Below are positions 58,258 to 64,000 of a DNA stretch of 64,000 nucleotides, piece by piece; position 1 is the stretch's first letter; each line of letters starts with the position of its first letter. The position numbers and the translations under genes are program-made. The stretch is from the human T2T-CHM13v2.0 reference genome, Homo sapiens. The notes beneath the pieces are model-generated. The model did not search any database. It saw only the letters and a list, made by a program, of their open reading frames with translations, and was not told the origin of the DNA. The stretch is taken from assembly GCF_009914755.1 (NCBI RefSeq), contig NC_060929.1; one strand, written 5' to 3'.

Positions 58258-59600
58258 AAATACACATAAAATAGTTTCAATGGTAATTTTCAGTATATGA
58301 TTCAGTGGCATGAAGTACACAAGTATTGTACAATCATTCCCAACATCCACCTCCAGAGATTTTTCATCTTCCCCAACTGAAACTCCGGGCCCATTAAAAA
58401 ATAATTCCATTTTCTCCCCAGCCCCTGGTAACCATCATTCTACTTTCTCTATGCATTTGACTACTCTAGGTACCTCATATAAATAGAATCACACAGTATT
58501 TGTCTTTTCGTGACTGGCTTATTTTAGTTAGGATGTCTTCAAGGTTCATCCATGTTGTAGTGTCCAAACTTCCATCCTTTTTATGGCTGTATAATATTGC
58601 ATTGTGTATATAGACCACGTTGTGTTTGTCCACTCAGGTTGCTGTCACCTTTTGGGTATTTTTGAAAATGGTTAATTTTGGCTACCATGAAACATGGGTG
58701 TACAAATAACTCTACAAATTTCTGCTTTCCATTCTTTTGAGTATATACCTGGACGTGGAATTGCTGGATCGTATGGTAATTCTATGTTTAATTTTTTTAG
58801 AAACTGCCATTCTGTTTTCCATAGTGGCTGCACAATTTTACATTCCCACCAGCAGTACACAAGAGTTCCAATTTCTCCACATCCTCATCAGCACTTATTC
58901 TTTAATAATAGTCATCCTGAGGGGTGAAAAAGTTATCTTGTTGTGATTTTGATTTGAATTTCCCTAATGACTGTCACTGCTGAGTGCTATATTCATGTGT
59001 TATTGGCCATTTGTATATCTTCTTTAGAAAAATGTCTATTCAAGTCCTTTGTCCATTTTTTTAATTGAGTCATTTTTGTTGAGTTGAAGTTCTTTACATA
59101 TTCTAGATATTACTTATCAGATATAATTTGTGATTATTTTCTATTTTTCGGTTGCCTTTTCATTCTCATGGTGTCCCTTTGATGCATGAAAGTTTTCAAT
59201 TTTGATGTAGTGCAACTTTTTGCCTTTGCTTTTGATGTCATACCCCAAGATATTATTGCCAAATCCAACATCATGAAAATTTTTCCCCTATATTCTCTTT
59301 TAAGAATTTCAGTTTAATCTCATGGTTACATCTCTGATCCATTCTGAGTTAATTTTTTGTATATGGTATAAGGTAAGCGTCCATTGTTATTTTTTGTGTG
59401 GGTATCCATATTTCCCAGCACCTTTTGTTGAAAAGGCTGTTTCCCCCATTGAACAGTCTTGGCACCCTTGTTGAAAATCATTTGATCATATGTGTAATAG
59501 TGTATTTCTGGGCTCTCTATTCTGTTTTATTCATCTGTACATCTACCTTTTTACCAGTGCCACACTGTTGTTGATTATTGTAGCTCTGTAGATCGTTTTA
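58258..59600 (-). mobile_element. L1MA/MB-like 3' fragment
   Basis: Minus ORF ...WWECKIVQPLWKTEWQFLKKLNIELPYDPAIP... is an L1 ORF2 C-terminal remnant; L1 3' UTR motifs. Confidence 0.85.
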
Positions 59601-59792
59601 AAACTTGGAGAGGGTTTTTATGGTCCAGTTAACACTTGATTGCCAGATCCAGGGGATTCCATAAAAGGACTTTAAGAAAGTGACATGATCACTGATGCAG
59701 GGGACCCTGGACCTCAGTGACTTCTCCTGTTACTCCCTCTTTCCACCCCCACTTTGTCCTGCCCTAACTTGAACATCCCCTTCCTTCTGTAG

Positions 59793-59960
<168 letters not shown>

Positions 59961-61504
59961 GCAGAAGATCCTGCAGACCCTTATCTGGAGGAGGAAGAGA
60001 AGCAGGAGAGAGAAAGCCACAGCCAGCCTGCCATAGGATCCAACTGGACAACGTGTGGGATGGACCTGGAAACAAGCACCTCCCCAAACACATCACCACT
60101 CCCTAGGGCGGGGCCTGTGCATGCTCTCCCATGACATCTCCATGCTGGTTTCTCCATAGCATAAATGAAAAAAAAAAAAAAAAGTAAACAGGGCAGTGTG
60201 TGCTTTTTCTTTTCTCCCCCCTCAACTATATTAAGAACTCCTAGTTTCACCCTTTCTCCATCCCATCATCCCACCTATCTGTGGTTGCTTCCCAAGACCT
60301 CCTCCCAAGATAGACATCTCCTACCCAGTGCCCTTGTGTGACCCCAGGACTCAAGTCTCAGACTGTGAACAGATGTGGCCATGCCCAGAGACGCCAGCCT
60401 GGCCAGAAGGGCATGCCTCAGCTTACTACTTCATCTCTCCTGGTTCCCTCCCTGCAGTGCCCCGGGTGTCATCTTCTCCCACTCTGGGTACCAGGGATTC
60501 TACCACATAGGCTTCCCAAAGCCCCATTCTAACTCCCCTCTCTCAGGGAAGCCCTAGAGAGAGGTCCAAAAAGCATTCACAGCTGTATCACACTCTATGC
60601 AGGTGGGGTAGGAGACTGATCAGGCCTGCTGTGGGGAAGCAGTATGTATGAACACAGCCAGAAATGTCATAGTCCAAACAGGATGCTTTCAGGCCATCTC
60701 AGCTGCTTGATGGTGAGATGGTTCCCTTATTCCTTCAGGAAAGGCTTAGCATTGGGCCACATAGGGGAAGCAGCTTTGAACAAATCAGTCATAGCACTGC
60801 CTATAGCATTAGCCAGTGACCAAATTAGGGACAACGTCTTGGCACAGAATTGCTTATCAAGGAACATTTCCACAAGAAAGAAAATATTAAGGGGTTATTT
60901 CCACAGAAGCCCAAAACGTCTTGGAAACACAGAGGTGAGGAGGAGGAATAGTAATTGTCAATGAGCTTTTAATACCAAGATACACCCCCTGCCCCCAAAG
61001 AAGAGTCCTCTTTTAGGGAATCAGAACCTTCATTGTCCTAGAAGCTGAAAGATTCTTGGAACATTTTAGCTTTTACTCTCAACTTGCTGTTCTCTTTACA
61101 TTCCTTAAGTTAGACTTTCGGGTGTGGCTTCTCTCCCAGGGGTAACATTTACTTCCATTTTCTAGACCGAACCAAAAGTCTTCTGCAGAATCTCCCACCG
61201 AGTGTGGTAAGAAGGAAGGACAAAAGGCTTTAGGATATAAATTTCATGTTACAGAGCATGTCATTGTCAAAGGAAATCTGTGGCCCTGAGATTTTAAGAA
61301 CATAAAATGTGACATTTGATATTTCTCCAGCCCAGGGAAGTAAGATGGTTAGCAATGGTTGCCTTAATCAAATGGTCCCATTTTTAACCCCAAAGGAAGT
61401 GCCCACAGCAAGAGGTTTGTGTGATGCACTTATGTCCTCCGGTGAGGAAAGGGGGCCACATATGAAAGGCCCCTTAGGTCAGATCCTGAGAGTAGCACAT
61501 TTGA

Positions 61505-61632
61505 GTGCAGATTCCTGGGCCCCACCTCAAACCTACTAATTCTGAATCTCTGGGAATAGGGCCAGGAAATCTGCCCTTTCTACAAACTACCCAAGTTGTT
61601 CTGTTGCACATCAATGTTTGGGAACCACTGCT
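61505..61632. mobile_element. MER5-like element within the CYFIP2 3' UTR
   Basis: gcagattcctgggccccacctcaaacctactaattctgaatctctggga...tttgggaaccactg. Confidence 0.7.
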
Positions 61633-62523
61633 GTAAGGGAATCATTCTGGTCACCTTGAGCTTTGAGCTACCACTAAGCCATGAAAGAAAATACATCATA
61701 CAGGGAAGAGAGAAGGGAGGAGGTTCCAAGTAGTAACTGGCAGATCCTCCTGTCTGGAGGTACCACCTTCTATTCTGGTTTCTGACTTTTCCTTCTTGAT
61801 GACCATAGATGTGTTCCAGAGGCAAAAGAGACACATTATCCCAGATGGCAGAACATGCTTTCAAAACATATAAAATGTCAAAGTTCCAGATCCTTCTACA
61901 TCTTTAGTCCTGTCTGAGGATGGTAGCTGGCTCTCTGTAGCTGATAGATGGCTAGAGTTCCATCCAAATCCTTGACCACGACTTCATGGAGATTTGAATA
62001 ATCTATTTGATGAGATTTCTATTTCAATAACCCACCTCTCTCACCCCACATTCATATCCCTAAATTTGACCCTCTGGGCCGAGTCACATTACCTTCAGGA
62101 GACTTGATCCCAGTAGACTGAGGTCTTCCCTTTCAGCAGAAAGATTTCATTTCCCTGGCTTGCCAGTGGCACTGATTTCCGAACACCCAATGAGTTTAAT
62201 ATTCTTTCCTCCTTGGCATTACTGCCCCAGCCTCTTTTTATTTTTTTTGTGTGTGTCTAATAACCAGGAAAAAAATAAAGCTTAGGTTTTAAAAAGTTTT
62301 AAAAATAATCTGTTTCAGAAACTGTCAAATGTACCATATTTGTATTAAGAGTTGTTGGGAATTTTTGTACAATGAATTTACATTTATTTATGGTGACATA
62401 TTTACGCTTGTGATCAAATAATGATGTTAAATTCTTAAATCATATTTGCTATGCAGCTGAAGATGATATTTTGATTTGTATTTTGGGGGTACCTGTGTTG
62501 AGTTGATAAACATTTCCATCTTC

Positions 62524-62529
62524 ATTAAA
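62524..62529 (+). terminator. Probable distal poly(A) signal ATTAAA of CYFIP2 (alternative AATAAA at 62274-62279)
   Basis: Hexamer at the end of the AU-rich UTR block, with downstream cttggtcttgattcctggtt. Confidence 0.65.
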
Positions 62530-63136
62530 ACTGCTTCCAAACTAGTAAAACCAGCAACTTGGTCTTGATTCCTGGTTCTATTCTAATCCTCATTGACCTG
62601 TAGAAGGCCATATTAAAACTAATTACTAAGCAAACAACCTAAAACAGAATCAAAGAAAAATATAGGTTAATGCACAATAAACTAATGGCTTTGCTTGCTT
62701 TCCCACGTGGGGGATTACATCTTTAACAAATTGAGCCTCACATTTCACATAGCACAAGCTTTCCTAAAGGTCATCCACTAAGATGAGTCCTAGGGCTGTT
62801 TCCTCTTCTGTCAAGTTGGACAAGTTGATCTCTTCTAGCTCTGATATCCTGATTCTAGGTAATTTCCCACTGGTGCACTTTGAGGGGTCTACTTCACACA
62901 CTCAAAGTCTTTCTCAACGTATGTCATCACCTCATAAAATTGCCATCACAAGGAGTCATATTTGAGCTAGTGTAGTGGGAGGGCTATTAGCTATTAGATG
63001 CTCAGTGAAAAAAGGGTTCCAAAGAAGATAAATTTGGGGAACACTTCATGATCTTTCCCTTCGAAGATCCATAAGACTCTGAGGAGTGCTGCAGAACCTT
63101 ATCAGTCTAGATCAACACCCTATCTCCTAGATGGTT

Positions 63137-64000
63137 TTATTAGTCTGTTTTCACACGGGGATAAAGACATACCCAAGACTGGGAAGAAAGAGGTTTAATT
63201 GGACTTACAGTTGGACATGGCCAGGGAGGCCTCAGAATCATGGCAGGAGGGGAAAGGCACTTCTTACATGGCAGTAGCAAGAGAAAAACGAGGAAAAGGC
63301 TAAAGCGGAAACCCCTAATAAACCCATCAGATCTCATGAGACTTATTCACTATCATGAGAACAACATGGGAAAGACGGGTCCCCATGATTCAATTACCTC
63401 CCCCTGGGTCCCTCCCACAACACGTGGGAATTCTGGGAGATACAAGTTGAGATTCGGGTGGGGACACAGACAAGCCATATCCTTCTGCCCCTGGCCCCTC
63501 CAAATCTCATGTCCTCACCTTTCAAAACAAATCATGCCTTCCCAACAGTCCCCCAAAGTCTTAACTAATTTCAGCATTAACCCAAAAGTCCATTGTCCAA
63601 AGTCACATCTGAAACAAGACAAGTCCCTTCTGCCTACGAGCCTGTAAAATGAAAAGCAAGCTAGTTACTTCCTAAATACAATGGGGGTACAGGTATTGGG
63701 TAGATACAGCCATTCCAAATGGGAGAAATTGGCCAAAACACAGGGGTTACAGGCCCCATGCAAGTCAAAATCCAGCAGAGTGGTCAAATTTTAAAAATCC
63801 AAATTGAGCTCCTTTGACTCCAGGTCTCACATCCAGGTCACACTGATGCAAGAGGTGGGATCCCTGGTCTTGGGCAACTCCACCCCTGTAGCTTTGCAGG
63901 GTACAGCCTCCCTCCTGGCTGCTTTCATGGGCTGATATTGAGTGTCTACAGCTTTTCCATGTGCACAGTACAAGCTGTTGGTGGATCTACCATTCTGGGG
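63137..64000 (-). mobile_element. THE1 (MaLR) 3' LTR (~63137-63482) plus THE1-int running off the window
   Basis: attagtctgttttcacac...gataaagacatacccaagactggg... followed by ccctggcccctccaaatctcatgtcctcac...cccaacagtcccccaaagtc. Confidence 0.85.

Larger units (their letters stand above)
59961..62550 (+). other. CYFIP2: CYFIP2 3' UTR (~2.6 kb; 3' end approximate)
   Basis: Follows the stop codon; AU-rich terminal part with AATAAA 62274-62279 and ATTAAA 62524-62529, followed by GT/T-rich sequence. Confidence 0.8.

Noticed and set aside
60160-60183. CATAAA plus A16 as a proximal poly(A) site or retro-insertion tail
   Set aside because: Genomic A-run with no TSD; more likely an oligo-dT internal priming artefact source

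Overview
Primate (almost certainly human) genomic DNA with Alu, L1, MIR, MER and LTR repeats. There is no prokaryotic system, CRISPR array or rRNA/tRNA gene. The + strand carries the last 11 exons of CYFIP2 (PIR121, a WAVE regulatory complex subunit). I spliced them by hand at GT-AG sites into a continuous 498-aa C-terminal frame ending ...HQSLATTC* at 59960, followed by a ~2.6 kb 3' UTR. FNDC9 (FN3 domain plus one TM helix, single coding exon 9812-10486) is nested antisense in the 17.8 kb intron. The rest is intronic TE sequence. Less obvious structures: (i) a polyadenylated, TSD-flanked ~290 nt orphan retro-insertion inside an Alu; (ii) three ~130-160 bp local duplications, two bracketing a frame-shifting exon and one pasted into an Alu with junction microhomology; (iii) several perfect inverted or triplicated micro-repeats that look like template-switch scars; (iv) a 366-nt in-frame, stop-free three-exon module flanked by long introns and inverted Alus (circRNA/rolling-circle candidate encoding the Rac1 D-site); (v) a palindrome over the FNDC9 3' splice site with an in-frame upstream ATG. 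Repeat subfamily names come from memory of consensus sequences and repeat boundaries are approximate. I cannot claim a new biological system from this window.
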